Shown here piece by piece: positions 49,256 to 59,169 of a stretch of DNA of 64,000 nucleotides. The DNA lies in the NCBI GenBank assembly GCA_965207075.1, contig CBDBLO010000002.1, positions 2,048,001 through 2,112,000 on the forward strand, read 5' to 3'. The DNA comes from Nitrosopumilus sp. (lineage in GTDB: Archaea > Thermoproteota > Nitrososphaeria > Nitrososphaerales > Nitrosopumilaceae). The position numbers and the translations under genes were made by a program. The notes below the pieces were generated by a model. The model was given only the letters and a program-made list of their open reading frames with translations. It ran no database searches and was not told where the DNA came from. The first letter of the stretch is position 1, and each line of letters begins with the position of its first letter.

Positions 49256-50104
49256 TCACGGCATCTCGATGCCCGACCGCCGCATGTGCTGCGCCAGACG
49301 ATCATAGTCCTGTATGGTGTTCAGCGTGAACGCGATGCGGTGGTCGTCCACTATGGCGTGCCGCTGCGGGACCGCACCATGCGCGCCCGGCTCCATGACG
49401 GCAGGGTCGACCAGCGAGACCCCGGTATAGCAGCACACGGTGCCGTCCACCACAACCTCGTACTCGAGGCTCATTCCCCACAGTCCGGCGTACTCCCTTG
49501 ACGTTACTATGCTGGTCCAGGCGCCGCGCGCATAGCGGGCGGATACGGATGCGACGACGCCGCGATCCAAGAGCGGCATGTCTCCGGATACCACGAGTAC
49601 GCCGTCGTGGATTCCGCGATGCCGGCGCTGCAGCATATGGCGCATGGCGTAGCCAAGATCCTCAGAGTATCCGGCCCCGGCAGAGTCCACTATGTGTATG
49701 GAGCCGTCGTCGGCGTCGTCGTCGTCATCATCATCATCATCATCAGCGTCGTCGTCATCGGTGTTATCATCATCAGCGTCGTCGTCGTCGTCGCCGCTGT
49801 TATGGTATTTATCCCACAACATCTTTCTTGTGAGGGGGGCGTTGTCCTGAGACACCACCGCGACTACGGTGTCTATCTGGTCGGAGCCCAGCAGCACGTC
49901 TATCACGTGCGAGACCACGGGCTTTGACGCCCCTGTATCGGACGCGGCGGGCGAGCTGACAGGCAGCAGCAGCTTTTCGTCCCATGTAGCGCGGTCGGCC
50001 GCATGCGGTGATGATTCCGGCGGAGGCTCATCGTTTTTGGCGGCGGCTGCAGCTGAGGCGGCCATCCGGCTGCCCCTGCCTCCGGCCATCACCACCCCAA
50101 TCAT
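49256..50104 (-). CDS. cobY: NTP transferase, probable adenosylcobinamide-phosphate guanylyltransferase
   Basis: MAGGRGSRM...EKLL, SGDMPL, LNTIQD; in the cob cluster; contains a poly-Asp insert. Confidence 0.78.
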   Translation of the reverse strand: MIGVVMAGGRGSRMAASAAAAAKNDEPPPESSPHAADRATWDEKLLLPVSSPAASDTGASKPVVSHVIDVLLGSDQIDTVVAVVSQDNAPLTRKMLWDKYHNSGDDDDDADDDNTDDDDADDDDDDDDDDADDGSIHIVDSAGAGYSEDLGYAMRHMLQRRHRGIHDGVLVVSGDMPLLDRGVVASVSARYARGAWTSIVTSREYAGLWGMSLEYEVVVDGTVCCYTGVSLVDPAVMEPGAHGAVPQRHAIVDDHRIAFTLNTIQDYDRLAQHMRRSGIEMP

Positions 50105-50913
50105 AGCGACACGAACACCGCCAGCGAGGCTATCCTGACTATGTCGTTTGCGGCCCCAAACACGTCCCCCGTCACGCCGCCAAAGCTGCGCCCGGCAAGC
50201 CCCGCCATGGCCGCGGGCGCCAGCACGCACACGGCGAGCATGGCAAGCCCGGGCACCAGTCCGCCCAGTATGACAAGTATCGGGACTGTCATGGCCGCCG
50301 ACGCGGCCACCTTGCGCCCGTCCTTCATGGCCTCGGCAAAGATGGCGCCCGAGCCGCCGCCCGGGGCGGGGCGCCCCGCATACGCCATTACGACCATCGA
50401 GAACTTTGCGGCGACCTCTGCAAGCACGAGGCCAATCACTATACGCATGACGCCATCGTCGCCGCCGCCGCCGCCAAGCATCGATATCGTGATTATCAGG
50501 CCTGCCACGCACAGCACTATTGCGGCCGTCCCGGCCGTCCCGGTGGACTTGTCCTTCATTGCGTCCCGCCTGCGGCTGCGCGTCCCCCTTGCCATCAGCC
50601 CGTCTGCAAAGTCGGCCAGCCCGTCCGTGTGGTGCAGGCCCGTTATGACGAGTAGCGCGGCCGCGGTCACGAGCCCGGCGAGCAGCGGCTCCAGTCCGGC
50701 AACCGCAAGCAGTACCCATGCAAGCAGTCCCGCAAGCAGCCCGATTACGCAGCCCGCAATCGGGAACAGGTGCATGCTTCTCGCCGCGCCGTACAGGCCG
50801 GCGTGCGCGGAGTCCGCCCCGGCTGCGCGTACACTAGGGCGCACCGGGATTATGCTCAGAAACGCAAAGACGGATGCAAGCCCGCCCGCCGTGCTCGTAG
50901 CCGAGGCAGTCAT
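50101..50913 (-). CDS. cobS: Adenosylcobinamide-GDP ribazoletransferase (cobalamin synthase)
   Basis: GLHHTDGLADFADG, MKD...G, FGGVTGDVFGA. Confidence 0.9.
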   Translation of the reverse strand: MTASATSTAGGLASVFAFLSIIPVRPSVRAAGADSAHAGLYGAARSMHLFPIAGCVIGLLAGLLAWVLLAVAGLEPLLAGLVTAAALLVITGLHHTDGLADFADGLMARGTRSRRRDAMKDKSTGTAGTAAIVLCVAGLIITISMLGGGGGDDGVMRIVIGLVLAEVAAKFSMVVMAYAGRPAPGGGSGAIFAEAMKDGRKVAASAAMTVPILVILGGLVPGLAMLAVCVLAPAAMAGLAGRSFGGVTGDVFGAANDIVRIASLAVFVSL

Positions 50914-51135
50914 TGCAGACCGTCACCGCGCCCCCGCATCATCCCGATGCCGCGACCGTCGAGGATGCCACGGCCGTCATTATCGTCGGTATCACCATAA
51001 TCTACGTAACCACCGTATATGTAACCATCATGTATGTAGCCATAGTCCATGTAACCGCCGCCGCCGCCGCCGCCGCCGTGGTCACCGCGGCCCTCCGCCA
51101 CATGCCCCAACAGACCCTTCACAGCCATGCCCGCA

Positions 51136-52188
51136 TCACGCCCCGCCCGCGCCAAGCATCATGCCCGCCACTGCACCCGACGCCACCCCGGCCGGGACGA
51201 CCACCCCGGCCGCAAACACCAGGACGGTTGCCTTCATCAGCGACACGGCGCGCCTCACGTCGCGGGTGCTCGGGGCCCGCCCGCCGCTGCACAGGACGTA
51301 ATGCCCCTCCTTTTCAAGCCGGACGTTGAGCGCCCCGGCAAGGGCTGCCATGGGGTATCCGGAGTTCCTGCTTGCAGTCGAGCCACCGTCCCGGACCATC
51401 GACCGGAGGGCCCCCCTCCAGTCATACCCGAGCGCTGCGGACGCGACCACCATCGCGATGCCGGTGAGCCGGGCGGGGGCGTAGTTCAGCACGGTGTCGG
51501 CGTGGGCCGCAAACCACCCGAGCCTGCCGAGCATCTCGCCCCGGTATCCGGCCATCGAGTCCGCGGTGTTTACTATGCGGTGCGCAAACGCGCCGGGCAG
51601 CCCGAACAGCCCGTAATAGAACAGCGAGCCCGTCGCGCCGTCGACGGTGTTCTCGCCGATGCTCTCAAGCACCCCCGATATGACATGCTCCTCGTCAAGC
51701 GATCCCGTCTTCCTCTTCACTATCATCGACAGGCTGGACCTCGCGCCCGCCACCCCGCCCTCGCCCTCAAGCGACTCGACTACGGCATAGGCGTGCTCCT
51801 GCATGCCGCGCACCGCGATGGTGCATTTCAAGAGCACGCAGCACGCCGCCACGAGCACGGCCGCATATACGTACTGCGCGGGATCCGCGGTGGTTCCAGC
51901 CGCCACCCCGGCGCCGCCCCAGCCAAGGGCTGCAAGGGCGTGCCCCGCCGCATGGTGCAGCGGCAAGAGCAATGCCACGGCGGCGCACGCGGGCGCCGCC
52001 ACTGCCGCCACGCCCCCGAGCCTCTGGGCCCAAAACCCGCGCCCGGCAGAAAACGAGATCATCCTTGCCATCAGGCCGCCCGCCCAGGCGGTGGGGTGGT
52101 ACCGGTTCCTTGGATCCCCCAGCGCCATGTCGATTGCAACTGCCCCGAACACGACAAGCCCGAGGTGCAGCACTGCATACTCCATCAT
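51136..52188 (-). CDS. cbiB: Adenosylcobinamide-phosphate synthase
   Basis: GDP..HP, ESIGENTVDG, NTADSMAGY, SRNSGYPMA. Confidence 0.9.
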   Translation of the reverse strand: MMEYAVLHLGLVVFGAVAIDMALGDPRNRYHPTAWAGGLMARMISFSAGRGFWAQRLGGVAAVAAPACAAVALLLPLHHAAGHALAALGWGGAGVAAGTTADPAQYVYAAVLVAACCVLLKCTIAVRGMQEHAYAVVESLEGEGGVAGARSSLSMIVKRKTGSLDEEHVISGVLESIGENTVDGATGSLFYYGLFGLPGAFAHRIVNTADSMAGYRGEMLGRLGWFAAHADTVLNYAPARLTGIAMVVASAALGYDWRGALRSMVRDGGSTASRNSGYPMAALAGALNVRLEKEGHYVLCSGGRAPSTRDVRRAVSLMKATVLVFAAGVVVPAGVASGAVAGMMLGAGGA

Positions 52189-52207
52189 AGCCCCGCCATC
52201 CCGCCTG

Positions 52208-53071
52208 TCACTCCCCCTCAGATATCATCTTAACTACCGCGTCCACATCCACGCTGTCCCTCACGCGGCCCGCAAGCCTGTCCAGCTCCGCCTGAAACCC
52301 GGGCGGCGGCTCCCCCGAGTCCCACCGGGGGGATCCGGGGCGCCTGTCAAGCGAGTCCTCGTCGGGTATGCCCATGCCGTCTATCATCGGGACGGTGCCC
52401 ACGACGGGCACGCCGGTCACGTCGCGGAGGACGGCGTACCCGGGCTCCAGTATGGACGCGTCGCCGCGGAACTTGTTGAGTATGAACCCGCGGACCAGCC
52501 GGGCGTCGTCTTCGGGGAGCAGGCTCATGGTCCCGGCAAGCGATGCGAACGCGCCCCCCCTGTCCACGTCGCACGTGATCAGCACGGGCGCGTCGCCTGC
52601 CATGTGGGCCATCCTCATGTTTGCAATGTCATATTTGGCAAGGTTGACCTCGGCGGGGGAACCCGCGCCCTCGAGCACCACCACCTCGAACCTCTCCATC
52701 AGGGACCGCAGCGCCCTTGACGCGGCTGCCAGCCCGTCACCGAGGGCAAACCCGTCATAGTACGAGGATGCGTCCATCACGCCGCGCATCGTGCCGTTGA
52801 CGTACACGGCGCTCGTGCCGTCCCCCCTGGGCTTTAGCAGTATCGGGTTCATCTCGTGCGTTATGTCGCAGCGGGCCGCGGCCGCCTGCACTGCCTGCGC
52901 CGACGCGACCTCCAGGCGCCCGCCGGGCGCCACATACGAGTACCGTGACATGTTCTGCGACTTGAACGGGGCCACCGCGTACCCCATGTCGGAAAGTATC
53001 CTGCACAGCGCGGCCGCGATCACGCTCTTGCCCGCGCCCGACGAGGTTCCCTGCACCATTATGTTCCTCAT
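52208..53071 (-). CDS. cobQ: Cobyric acid synthase, ATPase domain only
   Basis: QGTSSGAGKS, PFKSQNMS, NPILLKP, EGAGSPAE, NKFRGD, PDEDSL; ends before the GATase domain. Confidence 0.85.
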   Translation of the reverse strand: MRNIMVQGTSSGAGKSVIAAALCRILSDMGYAVAPFKSQNMSRYSYVAPGGRLEVASAQAVQAAAARCDITHEMNPILLKPRGDGTSAVYVNGTMRGVMDASSYYDGFALGDGLAAASRALRSLMERFEVVVLEGAGSPAEVNLAKYDIANMRMAHMAGDAPVLITCDVDRGGAFASLAGTMSLLPEDDARLVRGFILNKFRGDASILEPGYAVLRDVTGVPVVGTVPMIDGMGIPDEDSLDRRPGSPRWDSGEPPPGFQAELDRLAGRVRDSVDVDAVVKMISEGE

Positions 53072-54198
53072 CGCATGATATCCTCCAGCGCGTCGGCAAG
53101 CATTCTGTTCTCCCTGCGCCTCTTTATGGCGATCCTGACGTGGTGGCCGTCAAGGCCCGCAAAGTCAGAGCAGTCCCTCACGAGCATCCCCCTCCCGGCA
53201 AGCAGCCCCTGCAGGCGCGGCGCCCCGAGCCTCGTCCTCACCAGGACAAAGTTCGCGTCCGTGTCACGGCACTCGACGCCCGGTATCTTCGACAGCCTCC
53301 CCTGCACGTACCGCAGCTCGGCCCGCACTACATCGCGCGTCCTCCCGAGGATGCCGCGCGCGTCACTGAGGGCCGCCACGCCGGCCGCCTCGGCCAGACA
53401 GCTGACGCTCCACGGCACCGTCGTCTTCCGTATGACGTCCGCCACGTCGCGGGGGGCGGCCGCGTATCCGACGCGCATGCCGGGCAGCCCGAACGACTTT
53501 GTCAGGGAGCGCAGCACCACGAGGTTGCCATACTTCTCCTTCCGCACGTACGGCATGACCGACTCGCGCGGGTTGCGGGACATCTCGATGAAGCACTCGT
53601 CGACCAGCACGTGGCACGAGCCCGCGGAGGCCGCCGCGTCAAGTACCTCCCGCACCTGCCTCCTCGTCAGCAGCTCCCCGGTGGGGTTGTTGGGGTTGCA
53701 CAAAAACACCATGCCGTTGTCCGGCACCCTTCTTACGAGCCCGTCAATGTCGGTGGGGGACAGCCACGCATCCTTCTTCTTCTTCTTCTTCTTCTTCTTC
53801 TTCTGCCCCGCGTGGCGCACGATCCCCGAGCCGCCGTGGTACATGCGCACCGCCGCCTCGTACTCGCCAAAGGTCGGGGCGCACACTAGTGTTCTTCCCC
53901 CGCCAAAGGCGTGCGCGGCGGCGTATATGATCTCCACCGCGCCGTTTCCGGCCACCAGATTCGAGCGCGGCAGCCCCGTATACCGCGACAGGGCCCCCAG
54001 CAGGGCGCCGGATCCGGGATCTGGGTACTCGGAGACCGTGCGGGCGGCCCCCCTGATCGCGCGCACCACCGCGGGCGGGGTCCCAAGCGGCGTGATGCTC
54101 GAGCTGAAGTCGACCACATCGGATCCCGCCCTGTACGCCAGCCGGCCGCCGTGCCTTACGGCAACGTGTCCGGCTATGCGGGGTGATACGCGGCCCAT
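53068..54198 (-). CDS. cobD: Threonine-phosphate decarboxylase (class I/II PLP aminotransferase fold)
   Basis: HGG, DFSSS, NPNNPTG, VDECF, SLTKSFGLPGMRVGY; in the cob cluster. Confidence 0.82.
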   Translation of the reverse strand: MGRVSPRIAGHVAVRHGGRLAYRAGSDVVDFSSSITPLGTPPAVVRAIRGAARTVSEYPDPGSGALLGALSRYTGLPRSNLVAGNGAVEIIYAAAHAFGGGRTLVCAPTFGEYEAAVRMYHGGSGIVRHAGQKKKKKKKKKKDAWLSPTDIDGLVRRVPDNGMVFLCNPNNPTGELLTRRQVREVLDAAASAGSCHVLVDECFIEMSRNPRESVMPYVRKEKYGNLVVLRSLTKSFGLPGMRVGYAAAPRDVADVIRKTTVPWSVSCLAEAAGVAALSDARGILGRTRDVVRAELRYVQGRLSKIPGVECRDTDANFVLVRTRLGAPRLQGLLAGRGMLVRDCSDFAGLDGHHVRIAIKRRRENRMLADALEDIMR

Positions 54199-54293
54199 GC
54201 CATGGTGGTGGCGTGGATGGTATAGTGTCTTTTGGAGTGCGGGCATGCGGGCGGCTAAAGGATTATTAAAAGAAAACATCCCCCGCGTACACA

Positions 54294-55400
54294 ATGGAAG
54301 AGCAGCGGCAGCAGCCCCCGGATGGCAGAAAGAAGCGGGTGGCCATAATAGGCGTCACGGGCTCCGTCGGACAGGAGTTCGTCCAGTCCCTGGAGAACCA
54401 CCCGTGGTTTGAGGTCACGCAGATTGCCGCGTCAGAGCGCTCTGCCGGCAAGAACTATCTGGACGCCATAAGGAACGCGGGCGGCATCATAGCGTGGGAC
54501 GTCGAGGGCCCGATACCGGAGTACATCAAGTCGATGACGGTGCGCTCCATAGACGAGATCGACACGTCAAGCCTGGACCTAGTATTCTCCGCAGTAGAGT
54601 CGCAGGCGGCCCGCGACATCGAGACCAAGATGGCGGCCCTGCTGCCGGTCGTATCGACCAGCTCGGCGTACAGGTACGAGGAGGACGTTCCCATACTCAT
54701 ACCTGGCATCAACGACGCCCAGTCCGACCTGCTCGACGTGCAGAGCAAGAACCGCGGCTGGAACGGATGGGTGGCCCCGCTTCCCAACTGCACCACCACG
54801 GGCCTGGCAATCACGCTAAAGCCGTTATATGACAAGTACGGCGTCGACCGCGTCATGATGACCTCGATGCAGGCCATATCCGGCGGCGGCAAGACCGGCG
54901 TCTCTGCGATGGGCATCACCGACAACATCCTGCCGTGGATTCCCAAGGAGGAGGAAAAGGTAAAGCGCGAGACCCGCAAGATACTGGGCACCCTCAACGG
55001 GGAGAAGATAGAGGACGCGGACGTTTTGATAAGCTGCACGTGCACCAGGGTGCCCGTAATCGACGGGCACACGGAGTCCGTGTTCGTGGAGACCAAGAGC
55101 GAGATCGACCCCCAGCGCGCAAAGCAGGCATACGACGACTACAACAGGGAGGTGTCAATCGACGGGCTGCCGTCGGCGCCCGACGAGTACTATGCGTTCC
55201 ACGAGGATCCGACCAGGCCGCAGCCCCGCATGGAGCGCTCGGTGGGCGGCGGCATGACCACCACCATCGGCAGGGTCGAAAAGGAGGAGCTGTTCGAGAA
55301 CGGCCTAAAGTACGTGCTGTTCTCGCACAACAAAAAGATGGGGTCGGCCAAGGGGGCCGTCCTGCTGGCAGAGATGCTGTACAAGAAGGGCAAGATCTGA
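54294..55400 (+). CDS. asd: Aspartate-semialdehyde dehydrogenase
   Basis: GVTGSVG, PNCTT, QAISGGG, RVPVIDGH. Confidence 0.93.
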   Translation: MEEQRQQPPDGRKKRVAIIGVTGSVGQEFVQSLENHPWFEVTQIAASERSAGKNYLDAIRNAGGIIAWDVEGPIPEYIKSMTVRSIDEIDTSSLDLVFSAVESQAARDIETKMAALLPVVSTSSAYRYEEDVPILIPGINDAQSDLLDVQSKNRGWNGWVAPLPNCTTTGLAITLKPLYDKYGVDRVMMTSMQAISGGGKTGVSAMGITDNILPWIPKEEEKVKRETRKILGTLNGEKIEDADVLISCTCTRVPVIDGHTESVFVETKSEIDPQRAKQAYDDYNREVSIDGLPSAPDEYYAFHEDPTRPQPRMERSVGGGMTTTIGRVEKEELFENGLKYVLFSHNKKMGSAKGAVLLAEMLYKKGKI

Positions 55401-55505
55401 CCCGCCGCGCGTCGCGTGCCTTTGATCCCGCCATTGCCGGCGTTTCCAGGCGCAGGCAACTCACAAAACTTATAATCGCATCCAAGGCATCCAAGCAGGG
55501 TTTCA

Positions 55506-56942
55506 TTGGCGGAGTTCAGGGAGGGACTGACATTTGACGACGTCCTGCTGGTTCCCAAGTACTCTGACATAACAAGCAGGTCGCAGACCGACCTTACCAC
55601 GAAACTTTCGCGCAACATAACGCTGAACATGCCGTTTGTGAGCGCCAACATGGACACCGTAACGGAGTCTGCAATGGCAGTCGCCATGTCCAGGGCGGGC
55701 GGGATAGGGATAATACACCGCTTCCTGTCCATAGCGGACCAGACAGAGGAGGTGCTCAGGGCAAAGCGCTCGGGCAGCGTCATGATAGAGCACCCCTATA
55801 CCATATCGGCCGACAGGACGGTGCAAGAAGCCCGCGAGTACTCGGAGGACAAGCAGGTGTCCGGGCTGCTCGTCCTTGACAAGGACACGGGGAGGCTGGA
55901 GGGCATCATCACGGGGCGCGACATACTCTTTGCGGATCCTGCCGACAGGGTCCGCGACGTGATGACCAAGGACGTGGTGACGGCGGGCCCCGGGGTGGGG
56001 CTGGAGGAGGCAAAGAGGATACTACACGACAACCGCATAGAAAAGCTCCCCATACTGGACGAGAAGGATGTAGTGTGCGGGCTTGTCACGTCCCGCGACA
56101 TAATCAACACGTCGGACTATCCAAACATGTCAGTAGACGGCAAGGGCAGGCCCCTCGTCGGGGCGGCAGTCGGCGTAAAGGGAGACTTTATGGAGAGGGG
56201 CGAGGCCCTGCTGGGGGCGGGCGCCGACGTCCTGGTGGTGGACATAGCGCACGGCCACAGCGAGAACGCGATGGGCACGGTGCGCAACATCAAGAGGGCG
56301 TTCCCCGACTGCGAGCTGATCGCCGGAAACGTGGCCACCGCGCAGGGCGCCCAGGACCTGATAAAGGCCGGCGTCGACGCCGTAAAGGTCGGGGTGGGCT
56401 CCGGCTCGATATGCATCACCAGGGTGATTACGGGATCCGGCGTGCCGCAGCTGACCGCGGTGATCGACTGCGCCAAGGTGGGGCGGGAGAACGACGTCCC
56501 GATAATATCAGACGGGGGCACCCGCACGTCCGGCGACGCCACAAAGGCGCTCGCTGCAGGGGCCTCCTCGGTGATGGTGGGCAGCATGCTGGGGGGAACC
56601 GACGAGTCCCCGGGGACGGTCCTGACAAAGAACGGCAAGAGGTTCAAGGTGTACAGGGGCATGGCGTCGCTGGCCGCGTCCATAGGGCGCAAGTCAAAGG
56701 AGACAGGATACGTGTCGCTTGACGACGACCTCAACGACTACGTGGCAGAAGGGGTGGAGGCGATGGTGCCCTACAAGGGGGGCGTCACGGACATACTAAA
56801 GCAGCTTGCGGGTGGGCTGCGCTCCGGGCTGAGCTACTGCGGGGCGCACACCATACCGCAGATGCAGCAGAACGCCGAGTTTGTCAAGATGTCAAGGGCC
56901 GGGTTTGCGGAGAGCAACCCGCACGACGTCTCGCTTATGTGA
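55506..56942 (+). CDS. guaB: IMP dehydrogenase
   Basis: LTFDDVLLVP, CBS pair, GSGSICIT, YRGMAS. Confidence 0.96.
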   Translation: MAEFREGLTFDDVLLVPKYSDITSRSQTDLTTKLSRNITLNMPFVSANMDTVTESAMAVAMSRAGGIGIIHRFLSIADQTEEVLRAKRSGSVMIEHPYTISADRTVQEAREYSEDKQVSGLLVLDKDTGRLEGIITGRDILFADPADRVRDVMTKDVVTAGPGVGLEEAKRILHDNRIEKLPILDEKDVVCGLVTSRDIINTSDYPNMSVDGKGRPLVGAAVGVKGDFMERGEALLGAGADVLVVDIAHGHSENAMGTVRNIKRAFPDCELIAGNVATAQGAQDLIKAGVDAVKVGVGSGSICITRVITGSGVPQLTAVIDCAKVGRENDVPIISDGGTRTSGDATKALAAGASSVMVGSMLGGTDESPGTVLTKNGKRFKVYRGMASLAASIGRKSKETGYVSLDDDLNDYVAEGVEAMVPYKGGVTDILKQLAGGLRSGLSYCGAHTIPQMQQNAEFVKMSRAGFAESNPHDVSLM

Positions 56943-57011
56943 TGCTTGGATGCCGGAACTTGGCGCCGGCGCCTGCCAATCTTTTTATCTTGAAGCGGCC
57001 GGATCACACGC

Positions 57012-57479
57012 ATGTGGTCAAAGATTACGATCATCGGCGTGGTCGTCGGCAGCGTAATCATAGGGATAGGCGCCACGGCCCTCGTCATGCACCTGGGCCC
57101 CATCACGGTTACGGAGGAGTACACCGTCCTGCCAGGTGAGTCGGTGTCGTACCTCATCCCGGCGCCCGAGAACACGGCCCAGACTATGGGCATAACCGGC
57201 GACCGCTTCAACGTCACGCTGTCGAGCCCCGGCGGCGGGCTGCAGATCCCGAACGCGGAATACCGCGGCCCTACCACCCTGTCGTGGACGCACGCAGAGT
57301 CCGGCGACACCACCATACGCATCAAGAACACCGGCGGCGGCGACCTGCAGATAAACCCGGTCATCGTGAGAAGCTCGGACCCCATATGGATCGCGTTCGA
57401 CTTTATGGTGATCATATCCGGGATCATAATCATAGGGTTCAGCATGGGCTTTGCGACCAGAAGGCCCAAGGGGTTCTGA
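57012..57479 (+). CDS. Hypothetical membrane-anchored protein
   Basis: N- and C-terminal TM helices around a beta-rich domain. Confidence 0.65.
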   Translation: MWSKITIIGVVVGSVIIGIGATALVMHLGPITVTEEYTVLPGESVSYLIPAPENTAQTMGITGDRFNVTLSSPGGGLQIPNAEYRGPTTLSWTHAESGDTTIRIKNTGGGDLQINPVIVRSSDPIWIAFDFMVIISGIIIIGFSMGFATRRPKGF

Positions 57480-58415
57480 TCACTCGACGGGGGGCGGCGC
57501 GGCGGACGGGTACGACCCGAGCACGCGCACGGACGAGTCGCTGCATATCCTCTCCAGCATGCCGGCTATCCGGGGGTTTTCCGCATGCCCCTCAAAGTCG
57601 ACGTAAAAGTTGTACTCCCACGCGTTTCCGCGTGTGGGCCTCGACTCTATCTTTGTCATGTTGACGTCGTTCTCGTAAAAATTCTTGATGACGCGGTAGA
57701 GCGAGCCCGGCTCGTGCTTTAGGGAGAGTATTATCGAGGTCTTGTACGTGGTGGTGGTGCCGCCCGCGCCGGGCGCGGGCGCCAGGCCCGACGTGTCACG
57801 GCCGCGCGCGGCCAGTATCAGGAACCTCGTGTAGTTGCTCGAGTTGTCCGCGATGTCCTCCGCGATTACGGGCACCCCGTACAGCTCGGCCGCCTCCCTG
57901 CTTGCGATCCCGGCAACCTCCCGGTCCTTTGCGTCCTTGACGTTCTTGATGCTGCCCGCCGTGTCGTACGCGGGGACCGCCCTCATCTTGCGCCCCTCAA
58001 GGAACCTCCTGCACTGCCCCAGGGCCTGCGGGTGCGACCACACCTGCCTTACGTCGGAGATCCGGCCGTACCCTATGAGGCAGTGCCTTATACGGTGGTG
58101 CATCTCGCCGGCGGCCACGAGCGGGGTGGAGGTGAGCAGGTCGTAGCTCTCGCCGACGCTTCCCTCTATCGAGTTCTCCACCGGCAGTATGGTATAGTCA
58201 GTGTCGCCGTCGACCGTGCTGCCTATCGCCGCCGCAAAGGTGAGGTGCGGCACGGTTTCCACCACCTTCTTTCCCGCAAAGAATGATGCCGCCGCCGCCT
58301 CGCTGTACGCGCCGTGCTCGCCCGGGAACGAGACCCGGATCGTGCCGCTGTTGCTGTTGTCGGTGGCATTGTCGGCGGCGTCAACAGAGGACGTGGCGCG
58401 CTCACCCCGAGGCAT
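57480..58415 (-). CDS. pheA: Prephenate dehydratase
   Basis: PVENSIEGSV, SHPQALGQC, NYTRF, TKIESRP (ACT). Confidence 0.93.
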   Translation of the reverse strand: MPRGERATSSVDAADNATDNSNSGTIRVSFPGEHGAYSEAAAASFFAGKKVVETVPHLTFAAAIGSTVDGDTDYTILPVENSIEGSVGESYDLLTSTPLVAAGEMHHRIRHCLIGYGRISDVRQVWSHPQALGQCRRFLEGRKMRAVPAYDTAGSIKNVKDAKDREVAGIASREAAELYGVPVIAEDIADNSSNYTRFLILAARGRDTSGLAPAPGAGGTTTTYKTSIILSLKHEPGSLYRVIKNFYENDVNMTKIESRPTRGNAWEYNFYVDFEGHAENPRIAGMLERICSDSSVRVLGSYPSAAPPPVE

Positions 58416-59028
58416 CGCTGCCGCCCTTTGCGCCGCGCGGGGCGGGGTCGGCTGCCGGCCCCAGGCTTACAAAGTCGCCGTTGTTGAGCCTGTTTGAGAG
58501 CTTGCGCTCGTCTATCCACGAGCATTCCGTGCATTTGATTACGTCCCGAAGCGGTACGACGGAGCCGCCGCACTTGCGGCATTTTGTAAACACGACGCCG
58601 AGCTCGGGCGCGCTCATCGTACTGTGTATGGCGCCGTTGAGGCTTCCGAGTATCTTCAGGGCGACCACGTCCCCCACGAGCGCCACGTTCTTTCTGCGTA
58701 TGTTGCGCGTGGAGCATATGCACTCGACCTTTGAGGTCGTCGGCCTGCCGTTGATGTAGTCGATGCGGATTGCCATCATGGAGGACATCACGGCCGCTAC
58801 CGTGCCTATCACGGCGTCGCCCTTCCTGGGAACGGAGAACACCCGGGGGTGCCTGATGCTTGCCGTCCACGTCTCGCGGTCTATGATCTTTTCGCCGACC
58901 GTGGCGGCCCTTACCATGTCGCCGTCATCAAACGTGTTCGCGCCGGCCTCGTACTCCTCTATGGAGGCTATGCCGTCGCCGGGAAGTATCACAGATGCAC
59001 TCTCCGTTGTAGTTGCCGCTGCAGCCAT
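58402..59028 (-). CDS. csl4: Exosome complex RNA-binding protein Csl4
   Basis: LPGD..ASIEEY, S1 domain, LGVVFTKCRKC...C..C..DERKLS. Confidence 0.88.
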   Translation of the reverse strand: MAAAATTTESASVILPGDGIASIEEYEAGANTFDDGDMVRAATVGEKIIDRETWTASIRHPRVFSVPRKGDAVIGTVAAVMSSMMAIRIDYINGRPTTSKVECICSTRNIRRKNVALVGDVVALKILGSLNGAIHSTMSAPELGVVFTKCRKCGGSVVPLRDVIKCTECSWIDERKLSNRLNNGDFVSLGPAADPAPRGAKGGSDASG

Positions 59029-59169
59029 GCGGCCGCTTGGGACAGTATGATTATAATTGTTTGTCGTCATCATCGGCGGCGGGAGAGGAGTGGACCGATC
59101 TCGGGCCGGTTCAGGCGGCCTCCGGCCGGCCTCAGAATCAATATAATCGGCATATATGCGAGACGAGTC

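Noticed and set aside
50105-50719. Long N-terminal extension of cobY (487-aa ORF)
   Set aside because: It overlaps cobS in another frame; the NTP-transferase motif begins at ATG 50104 with an ATGA overlap.
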